Shown piece after piece: positions 39,573 to 50,146 of a stretch of 64,000 bases of DNA (positions within the stretch are counted from its first letter, which is position 1; every line of letters begins with the position of its first letter). The stretch covers positions 148,588 through 212,587 of the forward strand of contig CBDARB010000011.1 of NCBI GenBank assembly GCA_965199355.1, written 5' to 3'. This stretch comes from Kordiimonas sp. (GTDB taxonomy: Bacteria; Pseudomonadota; Alphaproteobacteria; Sphingomonadales; Kordiimonadaceae). Position numbers and translations under genes: made by a program. Under the pieces are notes generated by a model that saw only the letters and a program-made list of their open reading frames with translations, was not told the origin of the DNA and did not search any database.

Positions 39573-41282
39573 ATGACGGCATCCTATAAGAGCAAGGTTC
39601 CCTTCAGCGCAGATGATATGCTTTCGAACCATCTTGGCAACATGGTGGAAGACAGTGTTGCTAGCTATGGCTCAAAAAAGGCTGTTAGTTGTGTGTTGCC
39701 GACAGGGCATACGCAGACCATTACCTTTGATGAGCTTGGCAGGTATTCAGATGCGGTTGCCGCCTATTTGCGGGAGGAGTTGGGGCTTGTTCAGGGGGAT
39801 GTCGTTGCGATCCAGTCACCGAACACGCTGTCGTATCCGGTGTTTGCCTTTGGCGTGTTCAAGGCAGGGCTAACGGTCACCAACATCAATCCGCTTTATA
39901 CCACCGATGAAACCAATCATCAGCTTAAGGACAGCGGCGCCAAGGTCTGGTTTGTTATCGATGTGTTTGGCGACAGGGTCGCAGAAGCCGTTCAAGGAAC
40001 GGCTGTTAAAAAGGTTTATAGGCTGTCGCTGCTTGATTTCTTCCCGCCGTTACAGCGGGTTATGCTGGGCGTGGCTATGAAGTATCTTAAAAAAGCGATC
40101 CCGCCGTTTACGGGTGAGCTTGCGGGCACAGCGATTACGGTCATCGCGAGCGGCACGAAACATATGGAACGGGTTGGTGACACGGCGCGTTACCGCGAAG
40201 GGCAAACCCTCGATGATGTGGCAATTTATCAATATACCGGTGGTACCACAGGGCGCAGTAAAGGTGCGGAGCTGACCCATTATAATGTGGTCGGGAACCT
40301 TTCGCAGGCTGACAAGCGGGAAGACAGTCTGGAGGTGCTTGATACGGATGCCATGCTGTTGATCCTGCCACTCTACCATGTCTACGCGCTTGCGGTGGGC
40401 GCGCTTAGCAGCATGCGTAACGGCATTCATATCGTGCTTGCACCCGTGCCGAGGCCGCTTGAAAACCTGCGGCATGCATTTGAAAAGTTCGACATTTCAA
40501 TCCTGCCCGGCATTAATACGCTTTATATCGGCCTGATGCAGGAAAGCTGGTTCTTGGCCAATCCACCGAAAACACTGCGTGTTTGTTATTCCGGCGCAGC
40601 ACCACTGCAACCCGCAACCGCCGAGGCATGGGAAAAGCTGACAGGCATGCAGATTTATGAAGGCTACGGCATGACGGAATGCACATGCGCTGTAACCACC
40701 ATGCCGCTTAACCGGCCACCAAAGCGCGGTACATGCGGCACGCCACTGCCCGGCACCGAACTTCGTATTGTTGATGCTGATGGCAATGATTTGCCGCAGG
40801 GCCAAGCAGGTGAGCTTTGGATAAAAGGCCCTCAGGTGATGAAGGGGTATCTGAATAACCCTGATGCAACAGAAGGCACATTTGTTGACGGCTGGTTAAA
40901 AACCGGGGATGTGGGCAAGATAGATGAAGAGGGCTATCTGACGATCGTTGATCGCATCAAGGACATGATAATTGTTTCAGGCTTCAATGTCTTCCCGGTT
41001 GATATTGAAGATGTGCTGACCAAATACCCGGGCATCGGCGAGGCAGCAGTGGTTGGTATGCCTGACCCATCAACGGGTGAGAAAGCTGCTGCTTTTGTTG
41101 TTAAACACGATGCATCCTTGACTGTTGAAGCCGTTGTCGCGCACTGCCGTGACCATCTGACAGGCTATAAGGTGCCTAAGACTGTTTGTTTTGTTGAAGA
41201 ATTACCGAAGTCGCCGGTCGGCAAAGTGCTCCGACGTGAACTCAGGGATAACGCGCAAAGCATCATTGACGCGGCGAACTAA
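39573..41282 (+). CDS. Long-chain fatty acid-CoA ligase (FadD-like)
   Basis: QYTGGTTGRSKGA, EGYGMTE, LKTGD, DRIKDMIIVSGFNV, SPVGKVLRR. Confidence 0.93.
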   Translation: MTASYKSKVPFSADDMLSNHLGNMVEDSVASYGSKKAVSCVLPTGHTQTITFDELGRYSDAVAAYLREELGLVQGDVVAIQSPNTLSYPVFAFGVFKAGLTVTNINPLYTTDETNHQLKDSGAKVWFVIDVFGDRVAEAVQGTAVKKVYRLSLLDFFPPLQRVMLGVAMKYLKKAIPPFTGELAGTAITVIASGTKHMERVGDTARYREGQTLDDVAIYQYTGGTTGRSKGAELTHYNVVGNLSQADKREDSLEVLDTDAMLLILPLYHVYALAVGALSSMRNGIHIVLAPVPRPLENLRHAFEKFDISILPGINTLYIGLMQESWFLANPPKTLRVCYSGAAPLQPATAEAWEKLTGMQIYEGYGMTECTCAVTTMPLNRPPKRGTCGTPLPGTELRIVDADGNDLPQGQAGELWIKGPQVMKGYLNNPDATEGTFVDGWLKTGDVGKIDEEGYLTIVDRIKDMIIVSGFNVFPVDIEDVLTKYPGIGEAAVVGMPDPSTGEKAAAFVVKHDASLTVEAVVAHCRDHLTGYKVPKTVCFVEELPKSPVGKVLRRELRDNAQSIIDAAN

Positions 41283-41302
41283 CAAAAAGAAGGACTGCAA
41301 AC

Positions 41303-42058
41303 ATGGACTTGGGCCTAAAGGGTAAGCGCGTAATCGTAACAGGCGGGACACGCGGCATTGGGGCAGCTATCGTGGACACCATGCTGGCAGAAGGGGCAAC
41401 GGTTGCGACCTGTGCGCGTAACCCGGCTGAAGTAGAAACGCTTCAGTCAAAGGCCGCCGAGGAAGGTTTGCCTCTTTCCGCATCGGTGTGTGATGTGGCA
41501 GACCAAAGTGCCTATGCGGCCTGGCTGGATAACAGCGTGAAGTCGCTCGGCGGACTGGATGTTTTTGTCCCCAACGTCAGTGGCGGTGCGCAGGCAGGAG
41601 AAGAAGGCTGGAAAAGCGCTTTTGAAGTTGACCTTATGGCGACAGTGCGGGGGTGCGAACAGTTGTTGGCTGCACTGGCGCAAGGCGGCGGTTCTATCGT
41701 CGTTATTTCCAGTATCTCTGGTCTGGAGGCTTTTGGTGGGCCGGGCGGTTATGGCACAATGAAGGCGGGCCTTATATCCTACGCTAGCCAGCTTGCCGAT
41801 GCGGTTGGACAGCACGGTATTCGTGTCAACTGCGTGTCGCCCGGGCCAATCCATGTGGATGATGGCTTTTGGGGCAAAGTGAAAACCGAGCAGCCTGAAA
41901 CATATGCAGCAGTGAGCGCACGGCACCCTTCTGGCCGCATGGGCACCACACAGGAAGTCGCAAATGCTGTCGCCTTTCTTGCCAGCGAAGCAGCGTCATG
42001 GGTGTCTGGCGTCAACTTGGTTGTTGATGGGGCCATGACAAAAAGAGTTCAATTCTAG
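41303..42058 (+). CDS. Short-chain dehydrogenase/reductase
   Basis: TGGTRGIG, YGTMK, VNCVSPG. Confidence 0.9.
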   Translation: MDLGLKGKRVIVTGGTRGIGAAIVDTMLAEGATVATCARNPAEVETLQSKAAEEGLPLSASVCDVADQSAYAAWLDNSVKSLGGLDVFVPNVSGGAQAGEEGWKSAFEVDLMATVRGCEQLLAALAQGGGSIVVISSISGLEAFGGPGGYGTMKAGLISYASQLADAVGQHGIRVNCVSPGPIHVDDGFWGKVKTEQPETYAAVSARHPSGRMGTTQEVANAVAFLASEAASWVSGVNLVVDGAMTKRVQF

Positions 42059-42162
42059 AAACTTGTATCTTAACTTTATCTCAACTGTTGCCGTTTAAGT
42101 GGTATCTACTCTAGGTGTGTTTTGGCCAAACGACCTGTGGTCTAGGGATTTGCGTCGACGTT

Positions 42163-43917
42163 ATGATAAAGAAGATGTTCATTTTGGGTCCGGCAGTTGT
42201 CGTGTTGCCATCTGTTTTGGTGGCGCTTTTCCTGCTGTTCGGTCAAGAAGATGTATCCTCTAGCATTTGGGCCGCCGTTATTGCCGGGGTCGGTTTATCC
42301 GTCGTGGGGGCGGGCGTACTCGTCTACCATTTTTCGCAGAAATATGTAGGGCCGGAGCGCAGGTTTCACGCTGCTCTCAAAAAGAGTTGCAGCGGTGAAG
42401 CGATTGATTATGAAACGCTGGCACAACAACTGTCTGCCAGGGCTGACCTTCTCGACACACTCGACCTCCTGCGCAAACAATTTGAGCTGATGCACGACAA
42501 GACACACGAGTTAAATCATGCGCGATCTGAACTCAAAGATGTCATTCGAGAGAAAAAACTGAACGAAGGCATTCTGAAAGAGCAGCGTGAAGCGTTTGCC
42601 AAACTGGCCAATGAACTCTCTCGTGCTCGGGATGCGGCGGAGTCAGCTAATATTGCCAAGTCTGAATTTCTTGCCACGATGAGCCACGAAATTCGGACGC
42701 CGCTAAATGGCGTGATTGGCATGGTTGACCTGCTTCGGGACACCGACCTTAATGAAAATCAGCAGTATTTTGCTAATACGCTGCAGCAGTCTGGGCAAAC
42801 ACTGCTGACCGTGATCAATGATATTTTGGACATCTCCAAGCTTGAGGCCGGCAAAGTTGATCTGGAATTCCAGACAATGCGTTTCAGCCGGGTTGTGGAA
42901 AATACGGCGCAGTTCCTTAAGCCGAAAGCGTCAGAAAAGGGCCTTTATATCAACTGGCTTCCCAGTGGGGCCATGCCAGATGTTATTGTGTCTGACCCCA
43001 CGCGTTTACGCCAGATTTTGTTCAATCTGGTTGGTAATGCGATCAAATTCACTGAGCGTGGCGGTGTTGATATTGTTGCAGAACCAGTGGTTACCAGCGA
43101 TGCTGGTATCACCATCAAAGTATCCGTTAAAGATACGGGCATTGGTATTGGCAAGGAAGCGCAGAGGAAACTGTTCCAAAAATTCACGCAGGCCGATGCG
43201 TCCACTACAAGGCGGTTTGGCGGAACAGGATTGGGCTTGGCAATTTGCAAGCAGTTATGCAGCTTGCTGGGTGGTGAAATCGGTGTTGATAGTGAAGAGG
43301 GCGAAGGTTCCATTTTCTGGTTCACCTTTACCTGTGCGGTTGGTGATGAAAGTGACCTGAGCCGCGATGATGTGGGCTTGTCGCTTGGTGATCTGAGGAA
43401 AGCCACTGCGGCGCGTAACCTCAATATCCTCGTCGCGGACGATAACGAGATAAACCAGCACATCATCGCAAACATGCTTGGCAAACTGGGGCACACTCTT
43501 GTGGCGGTGGAAAACGGCGCTCTTGCGTGCTCCAAGGTAGAAGAAGAAGACTTTGACCTTATCCTGATGGATATCCAGATGCCCGTTCTTGGCGGGATCG
43601 ATGCGACCAAATGGATACGGGCCATGGACGAGAGCAAGGCCAATATCCCTATCGTAGGGTGCACCGCCGATGCCTTCCCAGAACAGATTGAACGTTTCCG
43701 TCAGGCTGGCATGCAAGACGTTGTTACCAAACCGATAAACCGTAATCGTTTGCTGGCGGCAATCAACGACGTGCTTGGTGAAAACGTCCATATCGTAGAG
43801 GCCGCTGCGGGTAACAGTGGACGAAAAGAACTGGTTGAAGGTTTTGCCGTTAGTGGCGCGGGTGCAGGCGATAGCGCAGAAGACCCACTCGATGCCCTCC
43901 TGACCGAATTGAGCTAA
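42163..43917 (+). CDS. Hybrid sensor histidine kinase/response regulator (two N-terminal TM helices, HisKA, HATPase, REC)
   Basis: [50 protein letters not shown]. Start is 42163 or 42115. Confidence 0.92.
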   Translation: MIKKMFILGPAVVVLPSVLVALFLLFGQEDVSSSIWAAVIAGVGLSVVGAGVLVYHFSQKYVGPERRFHAALKKSCSGEAIDYETLAQQLSARADLLDTLDLLRKQFELMHDKTHELNHARSELKDVIREKKLNEGILKEQREAFAKLANELSRARDAAESANIAKSEFLATMSHEIRTPLNGVIGMVDLLRDTDLNENQQYFANTLQQSGQTLLTVINDILDISKLEAGKVDLEFQTMRFSRVVENTAQFLKPKASEKGLYINWLPSGAMPDVIVSDPTRLRQILFNLVGNAIKFTERGGVDIVAEPVVTSDAGITIKVSVKDTGIGIGKEAQRKLFQKFTQADASTTRRFGGTGLGLAICKQLCSLLGGEIGVDSEEGEGSIFWFTFTCAVGDESDLSRDDVGLSLGDLRKATAARNLNILVADDNEINQHIIANMLGKLGHTLVAVENGALACSKVEEEDFDLILMDIQMPVLGGIDATKWIRAMDESKANIPIVGCTADAFPEQIERFRQAGMQDVVTKPINRNRLLAAINDVLGENVHIVEAAAGNSGRKELVEGFAVSGAGAGDSAEDPLDALLTELS

Positions 43918-44054
43918 TTCTTTCGTGACATTTTCATCGGTTTAGAATTTTTTTCCTGCATCACAGAAATATTAGTTGCTAATGCTATTGAAATGGCAGA
44001 TGTGGTGGCCAAAATATGCCGCTGATTTTATCATTTTGATTTCTGGAGAGAAGC

Positions 44055-45059
44055 ATGGCTGAAAACACAGGCGCTCTTGCTGCGATTGGTAACACCCCAC
44101 TTATCAAACTTAAATATGCTTCTGAACTAACCGGCTGTACCATTTTGGGTAAGGCGGAATATGCCAACCCTGGTGGTTCTTTGAAAGACCGTCCTGCGCT
44201 TAACATCATTGAAGAAGCGGAACGCAAAGGCGAACTCGAGCCCGGCGGCCTGATCGTCGAAGGCACTGCTGGAAACACGGGGATCGGGCTGACTGTTGTC
44301 GCCAATGCCAAAGGCTATCGCACGCTTATTGTTATGCCTGAAACGCAGAGCCGGGAAAAAATTGATACCCTGCGGGTAATGGGTGCAGGATTGAAGCTTG
44401 TGCCTGCCGCGCCTTATTCCAACCCTGCCAACTTTCAGCATGTTGCTAGACGCTTGGCGGAAGAACTGAAGTCATCCGAGCAAAACGGTGTGATCTGGGC
44501 AAACCAGTTTGACAATGTTGCCAACCGTGAGGCCCACATTAAAACGACAGCTCAGGAAATTTGGCAGCAAACTGATGGCAAAGTAGATGCCTATATCACT
44601 GCGGTTGGGTCTGGTGGTTCCCTTGTTGGTACTGCAATGGGCCTGAAGGAACACAATAGGGATATCGTCATTGGACTTGCTGACCCAATGGGTGCAGCTA
44701 TGTATAGCTACTTTAAAACTGGCGAGTTGAAGTCAGAAGGCACATCCATCTCTGAAGGAATTGGGCAGTCACGCGTTACCGCCAATATTGAGGATGCGCC
44801 AGTTGACGAAGCCTTCCAGATCACCGACCAGGAAGCGTTGCCGATAGCGTTTGATTTGCTTGCAAAAGAAGGGCTTTGTGTCGGCTCATCCTCGGGCATC
44901 AATGTTGCGGGTGCAATTAAGCTTGCCCAGAAAATGGGGCCGGGTCACACCATCGTGACGCTCTTGTGCGACAGCGGTCTTCGCTATCAATCAAAGTTGT
45001 TTAACCCTGAGTTCCTGCGTAGCAAGGAGCTTCCCGTTCCCGCATGGCTGGAAACCTGA
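44055..45059 (+). CDS. Cysteine synthase family PLP enzyme
   Basis: IGNTPL, NPGGSLKDR, EGTAGNTG, AVGSGGS, GSSSG. Confidence 0.92.
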   Translation: MAENTGALAAIGNTPLIKLKYASELTGCTILGKAEYANPGGSLKDRPALNIIEEAERKGELEPGGLIVEGTAGNTGIGLTVVANAKGYRTLIVMPETQSREKIDTLRVMGAGLKLVPAAPYSNPANFQHVARRLAEELKSSEQNGVIWANQFDNVANREAHIKTTAQEIWQQTDGKVDAYITAVGSGGSLVGTAMGLKEHNRDIVIGLADPMGAAMYSYFKTGELKSEGTSISEGIGQSRVTANIEDAPVDEAFQITDQEALPIAFDLLAKEGLCVGSSSGINVAGAIKLAQKMGPGHTIVTLLCDSGLRYQSKLFNPEFLRSKELPVPAWLET

Positions 45060-45141
45060 CTGACGTTTTTGTGATGGCCACATTTAGGTCATAAAAGACT
45101 ACATGATTGCTGATGTTTGATTAATTAGCGATTGGGGTTCT

Positions 45142-47340
45142 ATGTCTGTGTCATCAAGCGGAGAGGTCGTGCTGGCGACTTCGGCTAATCCGGGTGCTAT
45201 TCCGGGTACGTCAACTGTTGTTGTTACTGGTGTCAATTTTGGTGCAGTAACAGAAGGCGGCGGATCAGGCAATTCCCCCTCGGTTGTCGTGAACCTGTCA
45301 TACGATACCGGTATTTTCGGCCAGATTTCTTCAGTGCGTGTCGTGCTTAGAAGCCCCAGCGGCGAGTTGGTCGGTGAACAAGCAGAAGTTGGTGACAATG
45401 AGAGCATCAAGACGATAGAGGTTGGCCTAAACCGTCAGTCAATCAGTGGCGAATATTCATTGCATGAAGTGCAAATTCAATTTGCTGGTGACCCCGAATT
45501 AACAGGCTTTCCGTCAGAAGGTTTGACAATCGAAGCAAACGAATTATCCAGCCTTATTGAAAGCCGCTTCATTGATCTGGAAAACCCTGATCAGGATATT
45601 ACACCACCGACAATCACTGATATTCTACTGCCCGCTCGTTCTATCCTTGTGGATAACGATCTGCCTCTTGGTCTTGGCGGTGGTGACTCTGCGGAGATCA
45701 CTTTTCAAGCCACCATCAATGACGATAATTCCGGTTTGAATGTCATTGAGTTTGAATTTGATATCGGTCCGGGCTTTGCGGCGGTTATCGGTGCTGAGGT
45801 GGGCATATTTGGTGATTTGGATGAGGGCGAGCAACAACTATCTGCCTTCAACAGCCAGTCGCCTGCCGGGCGCTATATATTCGAGTTTATTCGTGTGTCG
45901 GACGATCAGGGAAACACTACATTCCTGACCGCTGACGATTTGGCTGGGCTGGGCTTTCAAAACGCTATTCAGGTGGTTACACCAGAGAATTTACAGGACG
46001 CGACCAGCCCATCTGTCTCGGCTTTTAATGCACTGGCAGACAGTGTCACTGTTAGCGCGAAGGGGGGTGTGCTTGAAGTCGCGTTCGAAGCAACCGATAC
46101 AGGCTTTGGTGCGACAGGTGTGCAGTCCGTTACGCTTGTGCTCACGAACAGCCTTGGTAGCCGCTATGAATTGTTCGCAGACGTGCAGGCTGGCGAAGGC
46201 AATAGCAACAGCGCAACGTTTCTGTTTCCACGGGACTTCCCTGCGGGAACCTTCAACATTGAACGTCTCAGCGTGAATGATGCGGCGTTCAACCGGCAAG
46301 ATGTATCGCTTGATACGACCACGCTAACCGTTGTCAACGCGGAAGGCGGTGATATTGCGAGCAACCGCTTGCGAGGTGACGAGACAGACAATGTTATCGT
46401 GGCACGAGACGGTGACGATACTGTTGTTGGCGGCGACGGTGCAGATGAACTGATATTGGGTGCCGGCAATGATGTTTCGTTTGCAGGGGCCGGCGACACA
46501 GGTAATGACACCATATCTGGCGGTGCCGGAAATGACCTTATTGGGGCAGGGGCGGGCGATGACTTTGTCGTCGGTGGCGCCACCGTAACCGAGGAAGTGC
46601 AGACATTGGTGCTGCGCGCACTTGAGACAAGTTTTGATGGTTCAGACACCATTTTTGGTGGCGCAGGCAATGACACGATTTATGGCGGAAACCCGAGTTT
46701 CGCCGAAGACGATGAAGGCAATACGATCTTCGCAGACTTTGGCTCTGTAGCCGAAGATCAATTGTTTGCAGGTGCTGGCGATGATTTTGTGCAGGCGTCG
46801 TTTGGTGCAGACGTTGTGGGTGGTGGTAGCGGCGCGGATACCCTGAAGGGTGGTAGTGGGCATGACATCATCTATGGCGGTCAGGGTGACGAGGGTGCGG
46901 TGGGCATCAATGACATCATTTCTGGTGAAAACGGTAACGATATAGTTTTTGCCTCTGGCGGAAACGATAGCGTGAATGGTGGTGCCGATAGTGACACTTT
47001 GTTCGGCGGTGGGGGTGACGACACAATCAATGGTGATGGCGGCGCTGACCGGATTTTCGGTGGTGGCGGCAATGATCAGCTTATTGGTGGCAGCGGCGCC
47101 GACACGTTCTTTTTCGCGCCCGGCAGCGGCATTGACGTGATTACAGATTTTGACCTTGATGAAGATACCTTGTTTTTAAGCGCTTATGCCTCTCGCTTTG
47201 AAACCTTGGCCGACATTCAGGAAAGCTCCGGTGTTACCGAACGCGACGGCGTCATCGGTCTTATCATCAATTTTGGTGAGGGCGATCAGCTGTTTGTTCC
47301 TGGCGCAATTAACCTGTCGCAATTGACGGTCGTTTTTTAG
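45142..47340 (+). CDS. RTX-type calcium-binding secreted protein with N-terminal beta-sandwich repeats
   Basis: Many GGxGxDxhx nonapeptides (GGDGADELI, GGAGNDLIG, GGSGADTLK, GGGGNDQLI) and C-terminal DVITDFD; no classical signal peptide. Confidence 0.85.
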   Translation: MSVSSSGEVVLATSANPGAIPGTSTVVVTGVNFGAVTEGGGSGNSPSVVVNLSYDTGIFGQISSVRVVLRSPSGELVGEQAEVGDNESIKTIEVGLNRQSISGEYSLHEVQIQFAGDPELTGFPSEGLTIEANELSSLIESRFIDLENPDQDITPPTITDILLPARSILVDNDLPLGLGGGDSAEITFQATINDDNSGLNVIEFEFDIGPGFAAVIGAEVGIFGDLDEGEQQLSAFNSQSPAGRYIFEFIRVSDDQGNTTFLTADDLAGLGFQNAIQVVTPENLQDATSPSVSAFNALADSVTVSAKGGVLEVAFEATDTGFGATGVQSVTLVLTNSLGSRYELFADVQAGEGNSNSATFLFPRDFPAGTFNIERLSVNDAAFNRQDVSLDTTTLTVVNAEGGDIASNRLRGDETDNVIVARDGDDTVVGGDGADELILGAGNDVSFAGAGDTGNDTISGGAGNDLIGAGAGDDFVVGGATVTEEVQTLVLRALETSFDGSDTIFGGAGNDTIYGGNPSFAEDDEGNTIFADFGSVAEDQLFAGAGDDFVQASFGADVVGGGSGADTLKGGSGHDIIYGGQGDEGAVGINDIISGENGNDIVFASGGNDSVNGGADSDTLFGGGGDDTINGDGGADRIFGGGGNDQLIGGSGADTFFFAPGSGIDVITDFDLDEDTLFLSAYASRFETLADIQESSGVTERDGVIGLIINFGEGDQLFVPGAINLSQLTVVF

Positions 47341-47347
47341 CAGCCCT

Positions 47348-47809
47348 TTATCGTTCCTGAAGCGGCAACCGTGTGCGGCGCAGGATGGTTCTTAACGCAA
47401 AGCTGGAATGAACCCGGTCAACTCCGGGCAGGCTGGTCAGCGTGTGGTGGATGCGTTCATAGTCGGGTGCATCCTTCACCACCACCCGAACTATATAGTC
47501 CACATCCCCACTCATCAGGTAACATTCCATGACCTCAGGTACATGGCTCACAGCATCTTCAAAAGTGAGAAGCTGATCTTCCCGCTGACTGTGCAAGGAA
47601 ACACGCACAAATACCGTGCCGGGCAGACCAACTGACTTTTCATCCAGATGGGCCGCATAATGCGTGATAACCCCTTTGGCCTCCAGATTCTTGACTCGGC
47701 GCAGGCATGCAGACTCCGATAAGCCAACAAGGTCAGCAAGTTCGACGTTGCTGAGACGCCCATTTTGCTGCAAATGATCAAGAATAGAAGTATCTATTTT
47801 ATCAAACAT
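47348..47809 (-). CDS. Lrp/AsnC family regulator (probable regulator of ald)
   Basis: LQQNGRLSNVELADLVGLSESACLRRVKNLE; ECYLMSGDVDY; divergent from ald. Confidence 0.93.
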   Translation of the reverse strand: MFDKIDTSILDHLQQNGRLSNVELADLVGLSESACLRRVKNLEAKGVITHYAAHLDEKSVGLPGTVFVRVSLHSQREDQLLTFEDAVSHVPEVMECYLMSGDVDYIVRVVVKDAPDYERIHHTLTSLPGVDRVHSSFALRTILRRTRLPLQER

Positions 47810-47836
47810 ATTAACCTATACCTGCGTTGCGATTTA

Positions 47837-47910
47837 GAAATTTCCGCAGAATATTGCGTACTCACTATTCATTATAGATGAATATGCAAGGACATGCACC
47901 TGCATATTCA
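47837..47910. promoter_or_regulatory. Palindromic sites in the lrp-ald divergent region
   Basis: GAAATTTC (47837-47844), CGCA-N6-TGCG (47845-47858), perfect inverted repeat TGAATATGCA (47879-47888) / TGCATATTCA (47901-47910). Confidence 0.5.
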
Positions 47911-48005
47911 GTAAATTCAGCGCCGAAATCACCGAGATGGTGATGATCCAGATTAGTTTCGATGTTTGTAGGTGGCCTGCGGGCTGCCAAATTGGGGAGG
48001 GCGAT

Positions 48006-49127
48006 ATGCTTATTGGTGTTCCAAAAGAGATTAAAAATCACGAGTATCGGGTTGGCCTGACGCCTGCGTCTGTGCGAGAGCTGATTGCAGCAGGCCATGA
48101 GGCTGTGGTGCAACATAATGCCGGCCTTGAGATAGGGTTCCCGAACGAGATGTATGAAGCGGTTGGCGCAACTATTCTGCAAACAGCGGCAGAAGTGTTT
48201 GCGAAAGCCGACATGATCGTGAAGGTAAAAGAGCCTCAGCCAGTTGAATGCGAGATGTTGAGTGAAGGTCAGATCCTATACACCTATTTACATCTGGCAC
48301 CAGACCCCGTGCAAACTCAGGGGCTTATCAAATCCGGTGCAATTGCCATTGCTTATGAAACAGTAACTGACAATCATGGTGGGCTGCCGTTGCTGGCCCC
48401 CATGTCGGAAGTTGCTGGGCGCATGTCCATTCAGGCGGGCGCACATGCGCTGGAAATGAGTAAAGGCGGGCGCGGCATGTTGCTGGGCGGTGTGCCAGGC
48501 GTTGCCCCTGCGAAAGTAACAATCATTGGCGGTGGTGTTGTTGGCACCAATGCGGCGCGCATGGCAGTGGGTATGGGCGCTGATGTTACCATTCTGGACC
48601 GCTCGATTCGCCGTATGCAGCAGCTTGACGATATCTTTCAGGGACGAGTGAAAACAGTCTTCTCCACGCAGGATGCAGTTGAAGAAAATGTTCTGTCTTC
48701 TGATCTGGTGGTTGGTGCAGTGCTTATTCCGGGAGCGGCGGCACCAAAGCTGGTTACACGTGACATGATCTCGCGCATGATGCGCGGTGCGGTGCTCGTT
48801 GATGTGGCAATTGATCAGGGCGGATGCTTTGAAACCTCAAAAGCAACAACACACGCTGACCCAACCTATGTGGTTGATGATATTGTGCATTACTGTGTTG
48901 CCAACATGCCGGGTGGGGTTGCTCGCACGTCTACGCTCGCGCTCAATAACGCGACACTTGGCCATGCTTTGGCGCTGGCAAACAAAGGTTGGAAACAGGC
49001 TCTTCTGGATGATGAACACCTCAGAAATGGCTTAAATGTGTGCGAAGGTAAAATCACTTACGAAGCCGTTGCGCATGATCAGAACCTTGATTACGTGAGC
49101 GCGACTGACGCCATTGGCGCAGCCTAA
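48006..49127 (+). CDS. ald: Alanine dehydrogenase
   Basis: [49 protein letters not shown]. Confidence 0.97.
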   Translation: MLIGVPKEIKNHEYRVGLTPASVRELIAAGHEAVVQHNAGLEIGFPNEMYEAVGATILQTAAEVFAKADMIVKVKEPQPVECEMLSEGQILYTYLHLAPDPVQTQGLIKSGAIAIAYETVTDNHGGLPLLAPMSEVAGRMSIQAGAHALEMSKGGRGMLLGGVPGVAPAKVTIIGGGVVGTNAARMAVGMGADVTILDRSIRRMQQLDDIFQGRVKTVFSTQDAVEENVLSSDLVVGAVLIPGAAAPKLVTRDMISRMMRGAVLVDVAIDQGGCFETSKATTHADPTYVVDDIVHYCVANMPGGVARTSTLALNNATLGHALALANKGWKQALLDDEHLRNGLNVCEGKITYEAVAHDQNLDYVSATDAIGAA

Positions 49128-49149
49128 GTTTTGAGGTACAAGCGCAGGC

Positions 49150-50124
49150 ATGAAACAGAAACCTGCCCTTCAAATATTCGGTCTTGGCGGTACGATCGCC
49201 ATGGCCTCCAACGTGACACAGGGTGCCGGTGTGCACCCTTCACTGTCTGCTGATGACCTTATTGCTGCTGCGCCCGAGCTGTCGGATGTCGCTGATATTC
49301 AGGCGGAAACGCTCTCCCTGAAGGGGAGCGCGAATCTTGGTTTTCAGGAAATCGCTGATTTGTGCACTCGCGCGGCGCAAACCGAATGTCAGGGCGTTGT
49401 TGTGACGCAAGGCACCGACAGCATGGAAGAAACTTCCTTTCTGGCCAGCTTGCTATACCGAGGCGATGCGCCGCTGGTATTCACTGGTGCCATGCGGTCT
49501 GCAACGCAGCCGGGCGCAGATGGGCGTGCAAACTTGATGGCAGCGGCCCTGACCGCAGTCTCGGACGACGCGCCGCGAGTATCTGTTGTCATGAATGATG
49601 AAATTCATCACCCATATTATGTAATGAAAGCTCATACTTCCAATGTGGCGGCTTTCCAAAGTCCGATCAGGGGTCCGATTGGGCAAGTTGCTGAAAATAC
49701 AGTGTATTTTCACCCTGTTGCACCGTCGCCGGTGTTTGATATTCCCGCAAAGTTTGCACCGGTTGCCGTACTAAGTGCATTTCTTGATGATGATGGTAAC
49801 CTTTTCGATACCATTTTGAGTGCAGGATATAGTGGACTTGTTGTGGAGGGATTCGGTGCTGGCCATGTTTCAGAAGCCGTCGCCGAAAAACTATCGACTA
49901 TAGCGCAGGAAATTCCTGTGATTTTGTCGTCCCGCGTTAGGGCAGGTGCCGTGTTTGAACGCACCTATGGTTACCGCGGGGCAGAGATAGACCTTCTGAA
50001 CAAGGGCTTGGTTCCTGCGGGCAGGCTGAGCGGAAGAAAAGCCCGCATTTTGCTGTCGTTGCTTCTTGGCCTCGGGGTCAAAGACTGGCAGCAGGAATTT
50101 TTGAGGGTCATCAGACAAGTTTGA
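49150..50124 (+). CDS. Asparaginase/glutaminase family protein
   Basis: LGGTIAM, QGTDSMEE, FTGAMR, GFGAGH. Confidence 0.88.
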   Translation: MKQKPALQIFGLGGTIAMASNVTQGAGVHPSLSADDLIAAAPELSDVADIQAETLSLKGSANLGFQEIADLCTRAAQTECQGVVVTQGTDSMEETSFLASLLYRGDAPLVFTGAMRSATQPGADGRANLMAAALTAVSDDAPRVSVVMNDEIHHPYYVMKAHTSNVAAFQSPIRGPIGQVAENTVYFHPVAPSPVFDIPAKFAPVAVLSAFLDDDGNLFDTILSAGYSGLVVEGFGAGHVSEAVAEKLSTIAQEIPVILSSRVRAGAVFERTYGYRGAEIDLLNKGLVPAGRLSGRKARILLSLLLGLGVKDWQQEFLRVIRQV

Positions 50125-50146
50125 GGCCCAATAACAAGGCACATGC

